A stretch of 64,000 bases of DNA from Paraspadella gotoi (Eukaryota > Animalia > Chaetognatha). The position numbers and the translations under genes are program-made. This document shows, in pieces, positions 13,701 through 26,181 of this stretch (positions are counted from its first letter, which is position 1; every line of letters begins with the position of its first letter). A model generated the notes under the pieces. The model made no database searches. It saw only the letters and a program-made list of their open reading frames with translations, and was not told the DNA's origin. The stretch is taken from positions 10,460,883 to 10,524,882 of the forward strand of contig CM119269.1 in assembly GCA_051294375.1 (NCBI GenBank), given 5' to 3'.

Positions 13701-15443
13701 GTAAAAATTGGCTTGCGCTGGTCGGATATGTTCCCATCTGTGAATCAAATATTAAATATTTCTCCCGGAATTCTTTTTAAATAAATTTCGGTTTTAATTA
13801 AACACTTATTACACGTAATTAATGCAATTTTCTAGGTACCTTCTATAAACGTTAGGCGATGGTTTGTTGAAAACAATAGCCTTTATTGGTGAAATGACTT
13901 TAATATAAGTCTTACTGTGCGCATCCAACTTTTGAAGTACATGTCTCCTTACTGACTGACAGAGAGAACAAGACAGATCCGATAGACAGAAGAAGACCGT
14001 CGACCGACACGACTGACTAGACTGACTGGACTGGACAGAGAGACCGATAGACAGAGTTAGACCTGAACGAACGACTGACTGACTGACCTGAGGCAGAGAG
14101 ACAGACAGGACTCGATAGACATGACGAGACCGTACGCTCAAACGACTGACTGAACTTGACTGACTGAACAGAGAGACCGATAGACAGAGAGATCCCGACT
14201 GAACGACTGACTGAAACTGACTGACAGAGAGACAGACAGACGCATAGACAGAGAGACCGACCGAACGTACCCTGACCTGACTGTATCTGACTGACAGAGA
14301 GACAGACAGCCGATAGACAGAGAGACCGACCAAACGACACCTTGACTGACTGACTGACAGAGGACAGACGAGACCGATAGAACCAGAGAAGACCGAGCCG
14401 AACGACTGACCTGACTGACTGACTGACTGACAGAGGACACGACAGACCGAGATAGACAGAGAGACCGCACCGAACGACGAGTATTAATGAGTCGAGGCTT
14501 ATAAATAGGAATAATTTTTTGCTTGGATTATTTCGGAGAATCTCCTTGGAAAAAGGAAAGGCGCTTTTTCTCCCTTCTTCTTTCGCATCACAATTGTTTT
14601 CTCTCTTCTCTCTCCTCTCCTCTCCTCACTCTCTCGCTCCTCTCTCTCTCACTCTTCATCTCTCTTTCTCTCTATCTCTTCGTCTCTCTCTCTCTCTCTT
14701 CTCTCTCTCCTCTCCCTCTCTTCTCTCTCTCTCCACATCCCCGTCTCCCCGCGCGATGAGACCTGAATTATTTCCGAGAGAATTCAAAGCGTCGATGGAA
14801 AATTTCTCTGTTTTCGTTTTCCCTTAATTGAAGCGTATTTCCTTTTCTCTCCGTTTGGCGAATACGCAAATTGGATTTTCAAAGGGACAGATAGAATGTA
14901 TGGCAAGTTAGAGAAGAGACGCACGAGAGAGAGAGAGATGTGAGGAGAGAGAGAAGAGAGAGAGGAGAGAGAGAGAGAGAGAGAGTGAAATGGATGCGAC
15001 GGTTATAGAACCTTCCGCTGATAGAGAAGATGAGAGAGAGATATGTGAAAGCTGGGAGAAAGAAGAGTCGTATAAAGAGATCGCCACGTGAATCGAGTAC
15101 TTCGGATAACAAGCGATTCATATTTGAAAATCAACTTAGCCCTTAGGAGAGAGGAAAAGCGGGTAGAAAGAAGCCTTATTTGTAAAGTGAAATAAACATT
15201 GGAGGTTGACGGGAGGCATATAGGTGAACTATGATTAAAGTGTGAACCACTCTTTGATTTCAGTACTGTCGAAGAGGAGGTAGTGGAACATCGGCTTCTC
15301 ACTAACGACTTTGGGAGTATAATAGTCGGTTGGGTATAAGATGGAGTTAGAGAGAGAGACACGAGAGAGAGAGAGAGAGAGAGAAGAGAAGAGGAGATAG
15401 AGAGAGTAAGAAGGAGAGAGAAGAGAGAGAGAAAATTAAGAGA

Positions 15444-15475
<32 letters not shown>

Positions 15476-16066
15476 ATCGCAGCAGAGAGAGAGAGAGAGA
15501 GATAAGAGAGAAGAGAGAGAGAGAGAGATAGAAGAGAAGAGAGGGAACGCTCACCGGCATAGTACTATATGACGGAGACCAGGCGATGACCGGAGACTGC
15601 AAGAGGCTTTTAATAAATTGGCTCATCTTCAACATCGCAATGAAACAATTTCCAGCGACGTCCGCCAGCCGTCAACAGCGCAGCCCCCGGCAGCCCCAGC
15701 AGCCCCATCAGAGGCAGGCCGCCGAGCACGGCCGCCGTCGAAGCCGCGGCCGAACATATGGTGAGTTCCAATTTGCACTCTCATGAATTCCATGGATTCC
15801 ATTAATGAACTGAACATGGTGGATTAAAATTGTGTTCCACTGTCCGATAATTTCCCCCGAAACCAGATCTCGCTTTACCTACATTAGTCCGACTGCCGCC
15901 TCTCTTCCTCTCCTCATGCAAAAGTCTCTCTCGTCGCTTCTCTCTCGACTCTCTCTCGCTCTCTCTCTCTCCTTCCTCTCTCTTTAGACGCCCAGATTCT
16001 TCGGCAGCCCATCTCCTCTCTCCTCATCATCATTTAGTTAGCTCGCCTGTTATCTTCTTTCACAAT
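10785..16066 (-). repeat. Left arm of a ~5-kb inverted duplication (reverse complement of 17100-22120)
   Basis: Collinear reverse-complement matches throughout: 10900 vs 22020, 11520 vs 21470, 13230 vs 20000, 13910 vs 19340 and 14480 vs 18760. Segment 15643-16066 equals rc(17100-17523) exactly. Confidence 0.95.
13950..14480 (+). repeat. Compound (CTGA)n/(GACA)/(GATA) minisatellite; mirror copy at 18780-19320
   Basis: Recurring gactgactgacagagaga..ccgatagacagagagaccga..aacgac units. Confidence 0.9.
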
Positions 16067-16084
16067 AGAGAGAGAGAGAGAGAG

Positions 16085-16282
16085 AGAGTCGCGCATCGGC
16101 TAATGTGGAAGCGAGATCGGTCGGGGGGAAATAATCGGACGTGGAAAAAATTAATCAATGAGTTGATTAATGGATCCATGGAATTCAGGGATGAAATTGA
16201 ACTACCATGATGTTCGCCGCGGCGTCGACGGCGGGTGCTCGGCTGCTGCTGCTGGGGCTGCTGGGGCTGCTGGGGCTGCGGC
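16085..16282 (+). repeat. Third, cleaner copy of the 17265-17490 segment
   Basis: gcgagatc..ggggaaat..atccatggaattca..accat..gttc.gccgcggc.tcgacggcgg..gctggggctgc matches 17293-17486 directly and 15680-15873 as reverse complement. Confidence 0.88.
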
Positions 16283-17099
16283 NNNNNNNNNNNNNNNNNN
16301 NNNNNNNNNNNNNNNNNNNNNNNNNNNNNNNNNNNNNNNNNNNNNNNNNNNNNNNNNNNNNNNNNNNNNNNNNNNNNNNNNNNNNNNNNNNNNNNNNNNN
16401 NNNNNNNNNNNNNNNNNNNNNNNNNNNNNNNNNNNNNNNNNNNNNNNNNNNNNNNNNNNNNNNNNNNNNNNNNNNNNNNNNNNNNNNNNNNNNNNNNNNN
16501 NNNNNNNNNNNNNCATGCCTCCCTCAACCCCCAAGGTTTTATTGTCACTTTTACAAGAAAGCTTTTACCCCTTTCTCACTTATACCTAAGGCTAAGTTGT
16601 TTTCAAAATGAAACGCTTGATGAATGTACTGATTCAGTTGGCATCTCTTATACTTTCTCTTTTCTCACTTTCAATATCTTCTCACACCCTTCAGCCCCCC
16701 CCAAACAAAACCCCCAAACATATATCGACTTTCATTCTTTTCTTTCTTAATCTATTTATCGTTTTTAATATCTAGTTTTGCTACTTTTTTAGACCTTTTT
16801 TTAACTACATTACAATCAAGTCCGATATCTGTTGATCCATTTCTTTCCTTTATTCCTTAAGAATATTGATTTTTTGATCGACGTTTTGATTTTCTAGTTG
16901 TTATCTCATCAAACAACTTTTAATTGTTTTAGATTTCATAAAAATTAGCGAAAATGCCAGTAGTTGTTCTTAAATCTTTCAGGTTGGTGAGGAGTTCGTC
17001 GAAACAAATTGATGAGGGAAAAGAGTATGCATTCGACTGGTCGTCCGCTGTCCGTGATGTACCTCGTGAGACCTTCAATCGATGAATTACGTATATCGA

Positions 17100-20000
17100 A
17101 TTGTGAAAGAAGATAACAGGCGAGCTAACTAAATGATGATGAGGAGAGAGGAGATGGGCTGCCGAAGAATCTGGGCGTCTAAAGAGAGAGGAAGGAGAGA
17201 GAGAGAGCGAGAGAGAGTCGAGAGAGAAGCGACGAGAGAGACTTTTGCATGAGGAGAGGAAGAGAGGCGGCAGTCGGACTAATGTAGGTAAAGCGAGATC
17301 TGGTTTCGGGGGAAATTATCGGACAGTGGAACACAATTTTAATCCACCATGTTCAGTTCATTAATGGAATCCATGGAATTCATGAGAGTGCAAATTGGAA
17401 CTCACCATATGTTCGGCCGCGGCTTCGACGGCGGCCGTGCTCGGCGGCCTGCCTCTGATGGGGCTGCTGGGGCTGCCGGGGGCTGCGCTGTTGACGGCTG
17501 GCGGACGTCGCTGGAAATTGTTTATTGCGATGATTGAAAGATGAGCAACTAATTGTAATATGAAAAGCCTCTTGCAGTTCTCCGGTCTCGCCTGGTCTCC
17601 GCTCAATATACTCCGGGAGCGTCCTCCTCTCTCTTCCTTCATCCTCTCTCTCTCTCTCTTCTCTCTCTTCTCTCGTCCTCTCTCTCTCTCTGATTCTCTC
17701 TCTCTCTCTCTTTTTATCTCTCTCTCATCTTCTCCTTCATTCTCTCCTACTCTCATTTCTCTCTTACTCTCTCTACTCTCTTCTCTTCTCTCTCTCTCTC
17801 TCTCTCTCGTCATCTCTCTCTACTCATCATACCCAACCGACTCATTACTCCCACAAGTTCGTTCGAGTGCAGAACCCGATGTCCACTACCTCCTCCTCGC
17901 AGCTGAAATAAATTTTACCAGTAGTTCACAATTAATCATTCACCATGTCTCTCCCGTCAACCTCCAATGCTTCTTATTGTTCACCTTTCACTAAAGTGAA
18001 AGCTCTTCTACCCCTTTTTCTTTATCCTAAGGGCTAAGTTGATTTTCAAAATATGAACCGCTGATGAAATGATATCACGATAGTTAGCTCTGATCACGTG
18101 GATCTCTTACTACCGTGACTCCTCTTTCTCCCAGCTTTCAATACTCTCTCTCCTCATCTCTCTATCAGCGCACACGGTCCTATAACCGTCGCATCATTTC
18201 ACTCTCTCTCTCTCATCCTCTCTCCTCTCTCTCTCGGTCCGGCTCTGCCCATCTCACTTCACTCTCTCTCTCTCTCCTGCTCTTCTCTGCTCCTACTTCC
18301 ATTTCATTACTATCTTCCCTTTTGAAAATCCAATTTGCGGTATTCGCCAAACGGCGCAGAGAAAAGGAAAAGCTTCAATTAAGGGAAAACCGAAAACGAG
18401 ACAATTTCCATCGACGCTTTGAATTTTCTGCGCGAAATAATTAGGTCCTCTATCGCGGAGACGGGGGATGACGGGGATGTGAGAGAGGATTGAGAAGATA
18501 TCCGGAGCAGCGCAACCGAGAGCCCACTGCAAGCGCAGCGGCCACCAGATCTGCTCAGAAGCAGAGAGAGGAGACGAAGAGAAGCGAGACTAAAGAAGAG
18601 TCAGTGGAAGATAGCAGAGAGACGAGAGCGAGAGGGAGAGGAGAGGAGAGAGAGAGAGAAAACATTCGTGAGCGGAAGAAGAGAAAAAGGGCCTTTCCTT
18701 TTTCCAAGGAGACTTCTCCGAAATCAATCCTAAGCAAGAAAATTTTCCTATTTATAAGCCTCGACTCATTAATACGCGTTCGTTCCGGTGCGGCTTCTCT
18801 CTATGTCTACTCGGTCTGTCTGTGCTCCTCTGTCAGTCAGTCAGTCAGTCAGGTCAGTCGTTCGGCTCGGCTCCTCTCTGGGTTCTATCGGTCTCGTCTG
18901 TCCTCTGTTCAGTCAGTCAGTCAAGTTCGTATTGGTCGGTCTCTCTGTCTATCGGCTGTCTGTCTCTCTGTCAGTCAGTCAGTCAGTCAGGGTACGCTTC
19001 GTCGGTTCTCTCTCGTCTATTGGTCTGTCTGCTCTCTCTTGTCAAGTCAGTTTCAGTCAGTCAATGTCTCAGTCGATCTCATCTGTCTATCGGTCTCTCT
19101 TCAGTCAGTCAAGTCAGTCAAAGTCGTTCTGAGGTCGGTCTCGTCTGTCTATCGAGTTCCTGTCTGTCTCTCCTGCTCAGGTCAGTCAGTCAGCTCGTTC
19201 GGTCGTCTACTCTGTCTATCGGTCCTCCTCTGCTCCGAGTCCAGTCAGTCAGTCAGTCGTGGCATCGGTTGCTGAGGTCTCTCTGTCTATCGGCATCTGT
19301 CTGACTCTCCTGCTCAGTCAGTAAGGAGACATGTACTTCAAAAGTTGGATGCGCACAGTAAGACTTATATTNNNNNNNNNNNNNNNNNNNNNNNNNATTT
19401 GAAAGTCATTCACCAATAAAGGCTTTTTTTTCACAAAACCATCCCTAACGTTATAAGTACCTAAAAATGATTAAAATTTACGTGTATAAGTGTTAATAAA
19501 ACCGAAATTTGTTTAAAAAATTCGAGAATATTTAATATTTGGATTCAACAGATGGGAACATATCCGCCACCAAGCCAATTTTCCATTGTTTAACCAATGT
19601 AGAAAAACATTATTTCTAAGATTTATACGTTAAAAAAAATTAAATAATATTATTATAAATAAATATGCTATCCTAAATTGAATAAGTTAATTTCACTTCT
19701 ATGTAAGCTAAGTCTCATCTTCTCTTTATATTCTCCTTGCTTTGACATTAGACCTAGTCTTGTATGGTGTTACTGTTTGCTAATTAAAATACAAAACCAC
19801 CACCACCTCCATACGCTCGTCCGTCCATCCATTCCTCCGGTCTTATTTCTGTCATCCACCCAATTGTCTCTCCTTCAACCAATCCACCTCATTCTTCCCG
19901 CCGGCCACGATTTCTCCCGCCATCTCGTTCGCCCATCGATCAATTTCCTATTGCGACGTCATTTAGCGGAGGAAAAATCAAATTAGAGCAGACATTTGTT

Positions 20001-20654
20001 TACGACGTCGGCTTCGACCAAAGATGGAATTTCGAGCTGAAAACATTCATCTTTGACGGTCGTCCGGCGGATATATTGAGATGGAGTGGACACACTGGGC
20101 GGGAGGTTGGAGTTGATGGAGTCAGAGCGCTGGGGACGGGGAAGAGATGGAACCGCGTTGGTAAGGCGAGTTTTGCCGAAGGTGGGTTCGAGTCGGATCT
20201 AAACTGGAGTTGGATTAGCGAATGACAGACTCGAGAAGCTTAATTGATTCATGAGGCGGAGATCGTGCGGTTTGGGGGGGGGGAGAGATGGGTCAGCCTC
20301 ATGGTCGCGGGGATTTTGTTGGGGAAAAATGACCTCGAGAGTCAAGAAGCAAAAGGAGCAAGATGGTAGGGAAATCAAGTGGATTTAAAGAGCGAGAAAT
20401 CCGAGAGAAAACTGTTTTGGTAATAGTGACTCGGAAAGAAGAATGGGTAATTAGTGGGGAATCCCTGTTATTTATATTTGATATGAAAAAAGCAGTTGTT
20501 TTTCTTTCTATATCAAAGGCAAATAGAATCAAAAATATAAATTTTTTTTAATATGGAAAAGCTGTACAGATAAATGACTCTGGCTTGAGACGGAGCCGAA
20601 GAAAGAATAAGTAAAGGAGAGAGAGCGAGATAGACAAAAATGAAGAGCAAAGTT

Positions 20655-20752
<98 letters not shown>

Positions 20753-22120
20753 TGGAGTGAGATGGAGAGGGATAAGACGAGGTGAAGATAAATCGACCGC
20801 CGACGGATTCGGGTGGTGAAATAGTGAGAGTGAGATGATCTCAAGATGTAGATAAATATTGACTAATTTAAGCGAGAGTTTAATCCGCTGAAAATGTCGC
20901 CGAAATATAGAAAAAAATGGAGATGGGAGGTGAAGAAAAGAAAGATGCGTGAAATGGTTAATGTAGGGGGCGTGTCGGTAGGTGGAGGCGGCGCTGGTGG
21001 CGAGGAGAATGACGTCAACGACGACGACGACGACGACGACGACGAAGACGACGACGAGCTCGGTCCCAAAGCTCATTTCCGACGCGAAATCTGTCATTTC
21101 GTTGAAACCGTGTTTTGCTAAATGAGAAAGAATGAGGCTGAATATGAGGAGTAACGCTTGCGGGCAGAAACGAGAAAGGGAGGAAGGAAAGAAGAGATGA
21201 GGGAGGGTGGGAAGGAAGGAGAAATGAAGGAGATGAGGGAAAGAGGGAAGGAAGGATGAGGATTGTCCGAGGTAAACGAAGGAGTGTAGGAAATAGGGCG
21301 AAGTAAAATGTAAGGAGGGCGGTTACAAGAGAGAAAATAGATTATTTAGGGAGTAACGTCATCTGAGCGGGAAAACACTTTTCCATCTTCGCGTCGTTGG
21401 ACTTTTTCGTTTCATCCCAAACAATAAACATATACAATTACACAATTATACATCTCTCGGTCTCACTTTGATTTGGTGATATATCTAACTCGTGATATCG
21501 TGATATCTAACGTTCCATTGTCGTTCGTCCCTAGATAGTCTGGCGTAGGTTTTCATGAAACTTTTTCGCTTTTTCGTCGAATAAAATGATGAATGAAAAG
21601 TAGAGATGAACGTTTAGAAACTTGTAGTTTACGTCAAAATGTTCATTAAAATCCTTCAATGCTTGCAAAGTGCTCAAACAGGAGTTTTTCGTCGAATGAC
21701 ATGGCATGGCATAGTCTCGAAACAGCTCGGATCCGTTGTGAGACATTGTGCGAATTTCTTAGTGCGGTAGAATCTGCGATGTTTATCCCTCAATTAAAAG
21801 TATATATGACCGATCTTATGATAAATTTTATATATTTATTTAGTTTAGGATGGCCTGATTAAAGTCGGGAGGCAAGATTGCTTGTTTATCGAATGAATGA
21901 ACTATTTTTTTTAATTGCAGTTACATGTACCAGTATAATAAAAGTTTCTTTTTTTTCCTAATTCCTTTTTTTGCCGTCCATTTCTTCAAACAGGTATGTC
22001 TTCTTTTTAAAATTGAACAACGATTTCGTTGAACAAAATTAAAACTTAAAGATTAATTTAGTCAAAATTTATAAAGCGATCGAAACTATTATTTTGTCTC
22101 GTCTTTTGCAGAGATAAAAA
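17100..22120 (+). repeat. Right arm of the ~5-kb inverted duplication
   Basis: See 10785-16066. ORF-track entries 15629..15817(-) and 17349..17537(+) give an almost identical peptide, confirming the inversion. Confidence 0.95.
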
Positions 22121-22964
22121 TATTCGCGAATTATTCGTGAGAAAAAGAATAACCGTTTTTTGGGGATGAAAAAGCAGAGAGAGGTTTCATAGGCAGAGAA
22201 AAAAATGGGAGAGAGAGAGNNNNNNNNNNNNNNNNNNNNNNNNNNNNNNNNNNNNNNNNNNNNNNNNNNNNNNNNNNNNNNNNNNNNNNNNNNNNNNNNN
22301 NNNNNNNNNNNNNNNNNNNNNNNNNNNNNNNNNNNNNNNNNNNNNNNNNNNNNNNNNNNNNNNNNNNNNNNAGAGAGAGAGAGAGAGAGAGAGAGAGAGG
22401 CAAGCGAAATCGAATAAATCTTAATCCTATGCGGAAAGTGGAGGGAGGCGTCGGCGACGTCGGTGATGGAAGGCGTGAGGAAGGCGGCAAATCACAGGAA
22501 AGGTCTTTCGGGNNNNNNNNNNNNNNNNNNNNNNNNNNNNNNNNNNNNNNNNNNNNNNNNNNNNNNNNNNNNNNNNNNNNNNNNNNNNNNNNNNNNNNNN
22601 NNNNNNNNNNNNNNNNNNNNNNNNNNNNNNNNNNNNNNNNNNNNNNNNNNNNNNNNNNNNNNNNNNNNNNNNNNNNNNNNNNNNNNNNNNNNNNNNNNNN
22701 NNNNNNNNNNNNNNNNNNNNNNNNNNNNNNNNNNNNNNNNNNNNNNNNNNNNNNNNNNNNNNNNNNNNNNNNNNNNNNTTTTTTTCCAGTTTTCCTGTTA
22801 ACTTACTTTTTCTGGGCTTTACTTCAAGTATGAAATAAAATTTGGTACGGTACGGTCAAAGTCAAAGTCAGGTGAAGTCTCGGTTAAGGGTTGGGGAGTG
22901 AGTGAGAGCGAATATTTTATCCGTTTTGCATCGCGTTGACCATCGCAACTGTGATCCTTCACCG

Positions 22965-24776
22965 CAGGATCAGCTGCTATTGAGCTGTGAGACGACGACG
23001 ACGACGACGACGACGACGATCACAAAATAAGTGGGTGTTAATAGTCATCAAAATGTATTGAACAATTTTGTTTACCGGTTTCACGACCTTCAAATTGCAG
23101 ATTTATGAGAATGTCAGAAATATATATTACAATATTTATATATTATATATAATTACACATACGCAGAGAGAGAGAGAGAAAGAGAGACAGACCACGACTG
23201 GAAACCGTCTCGTTAGTCAGTTTAATGTAGATTTCTTTGCTTCCAGTTCGTCTCCTGATGCAAGTCTGGTTCCGCTTCTAGCGTAATTATTTTTCGCAGA
23301 ACCGGGTTCTCGTTAATGCGAGACTAACCCGCTTTTACGGGATAAATTACAGACTGAGAGAGAGATAGAGAGAGAGAGAGTTTAAAGTCCAACCTTGTTC
23401 TCCTTTTTTTTTCTCAGGTTAAAAAAAGAGTTTCGTTGTATCTTTTTTTTGCGTCTCCGTTTTTGCCATTATGCAAATTATGCAGATGCGACGTGTCGCT
23501 TGAGGAGAAGAAAGAGGGAGAGGGAGAGCGAGAGAGTCAGAAAGAGGGAGAGCGAGAGAGACAGAGAGAGAGAGAGAATGAGAAAGACAGAGAGAAAATA
23601 GGAAAATGCAGAAAGAATGAACTTTGTATTTTTAACTTTGGTACTTTTTCTCGGGTTTGAGCCGATAGCCTTTTTTTTTCTTTTCAAAATTTAGTTTCAG
23701 AAGGAAAAGTTTCGTATTTGCAGGGAAAATTCTCACGCTTTTAATATTGTAAGAAGCTTTTTCTAGATTTGAAACGAAATCTTTATTCGAAAATTTTTTT
23801 TATTTTATAAAAGTTCAAAAATAAAAGACTTTTGTGTTAACGTTTCTTTTTCGTTTTAAAACGGACAACATTATCATCATCATCGCGGTCGTCGTCGTCG
23901 TCGTCTTGTTTATCGGTGAAGGACAAGACGAGAAGAAGTGGATAGAAAATGAGGAAGTCGTTGGTGACGGAGGTGAAGGGAGGAAGGACTTTTTCCCTTT
24001 TCCCTTTTTTTCTCTCTTCTCTTGTATAATTCGTTCATTCTTTTTTCCTTTTTTATTCTTTTATTCTGCTACATTTTATATTTGTTTTTTTCTTTAAATG
24101 ATAGGAGCTGAAATATATAATTGATCGAGCGCTTGATCTAAATCAAAAAAGGAAAATAGACCAGAGAAGAGAGAAAGAGAATGAAAGAGAAAAAACAAAG
24201 AAAATGACGGATAGAGAGTGAGATGGAGGGAGGATGAGAAGTAAGTAAGTAAGTAAGTAAGTAAGTATGAAACAATTACCATGAAAATCAGACGATTTTT
24301 AGAGAAAAAAAAACATTTTGAAAAAAATACTCTTCATTTTCCTTTCTTTTTAAATTTTTTAATTCTTATTTTTAATTTCGATTTCTTTCCTCCCTTTTTA
24401 TTTTCTCTCTTCAAATTATCAATTCATTTCGATTGATCACTATCCCTTCGATTGCCATATTACGTACTTGCCGTTTTTCAGCATAATCCAATAATTCTAG
24501 CGTAATTTTTAATTTCGACACAATTTATGGCTCGGGGTTCTTATAACTTTGTTATTTTCACATCCCAAACCATTTGACGTCTTTCATCTTCTCAGTTCTT
24601 CCTCCCGTTCCGACAATGTATCTCTCTTTTTTCTCTCTTCATCTCATTCCTTCTCTCGACCTTCCACTCTCTGTTCCTCTTTTTCCCCCTTCGGAAATGG
24701 TCGGCGAAAGGATGTGGAATATTCAGAAGATGACCCATCATCAAGTCGGGCGCAAAGTTCCTAGACGCCGAGGAGA

Positions 24777-24864
<88 letters not shown>

Positions 24865-26143
24865 AGAGGAGAGAGAGAGAGAGAGAGAGAATATGACGTC
24901 TGGGAGAGGCCTAAGGGAGCCGAGAAAAGGAAGGGAGTAGAAAGAAGAGTCGGTGGAAGGGATGAGGAAGAGGAGAAGAAGGAAAGAGGAAGAGGAAGGA
25001 AAAAGAATATAAAAAAGAAGTACTACTTTGATGAAGGCGGCAGCTGGATGGATCCAAACGACGATCACAACATGAACACGAAGATGAACAAGGAAACGAC
25101 GACGCGAAAGACAACGAAGAAAGACTCATCGAACGAGGAGGAAGACAAAAGGTGCACCGTGGGAGAAAGAAAACATTCACGACTACAACAACAACGACAA
25201 CCAAAATGGCAATAATGAGGAAAGAACGACAAACACTCGAGCAATAACAACAACAACAACGTCGATTGAAACGTGAGCCTTTTGTTTCTTATTCTAACGA
25301 ATCAAAATTAGTTCCATCGAGAGAATTCTGGGTTTTGCCGACAATTCGCCCCCATCGTCTCTCCTCTTCATTTTATAATCGCCCTTCACATCTTCACATC
25401 TTCACTCTCTCATCCCCGCCTCCGCGATATTTCTACCCTCGGCCTCACTCACTCCTTAATACCGCCCACCAGATGAGCGCATCGTAATCCCCCCCTTCTC
25501 TATCCTCCCCCACCCCCCCCCCTTGGCCAATGCGTACGACCTCGAATGACCTCAAATGACCCCGGATCCTTTGATGCCCATTAAGCGTCTCCGATGGTCG
25601 AAAGAATTCTTCCCCTCCTGCGTCGAGTCGCTTCGGAGATCTTCGGAGATCTTCGGAAAGACGGGCCGCCGAGGCGTCGGTCGGCCCACTTGGCTGACTG
25701 AGAGGCGACGGCGTGCCCGGTCGACGACGCCGCCTGATTGCGGGCGGACATGCCCGGCTGAAGGCCGACGTTAAAGTCTTGGAAGGGCTTTGGCTGATTT
25801 CCGATGCGACCGCAGCGAGAGAGAACGAAAGAAAGAAAGAAAAAAAATAAAGAAAGAATGAAAAATAGAAAGGACCCAATGAAAAAGATAAAAATGAAAG
25901 AAAGAGAGAAAGAAATAAAAGTGAAAGAAAATTACTGATAAATAATAAATAAAGGAAATAATAAATAATAAATTATAAATAAAAAAGGATAAAGACAGAT
26001 ATAAATAAAAAGAAAGAAAAGAAAGGAAGAACAAAAAAGAAAAAAAAACAAAGAAAGAAACAAAGAAAGAAAAAAAATTGAGAGAAAGAAAGAAGAAAAG
26101 AGACGAAACATATACGTAAAAAGAATACAGAAAAGAAATAACA

Positions 26144-26181
<38 letters not shown>

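Noticed and set aside
20143-20200. tRNA/SINE-like look (gatgg..tggtaaggcg..gtgggttcgag; mirror at ~13045-13105)
   Set aside because: Only A/B-box-like words are present. No acceptor, anticodon or T stems can be paired, and the two copies disagree after GTTCGAG.
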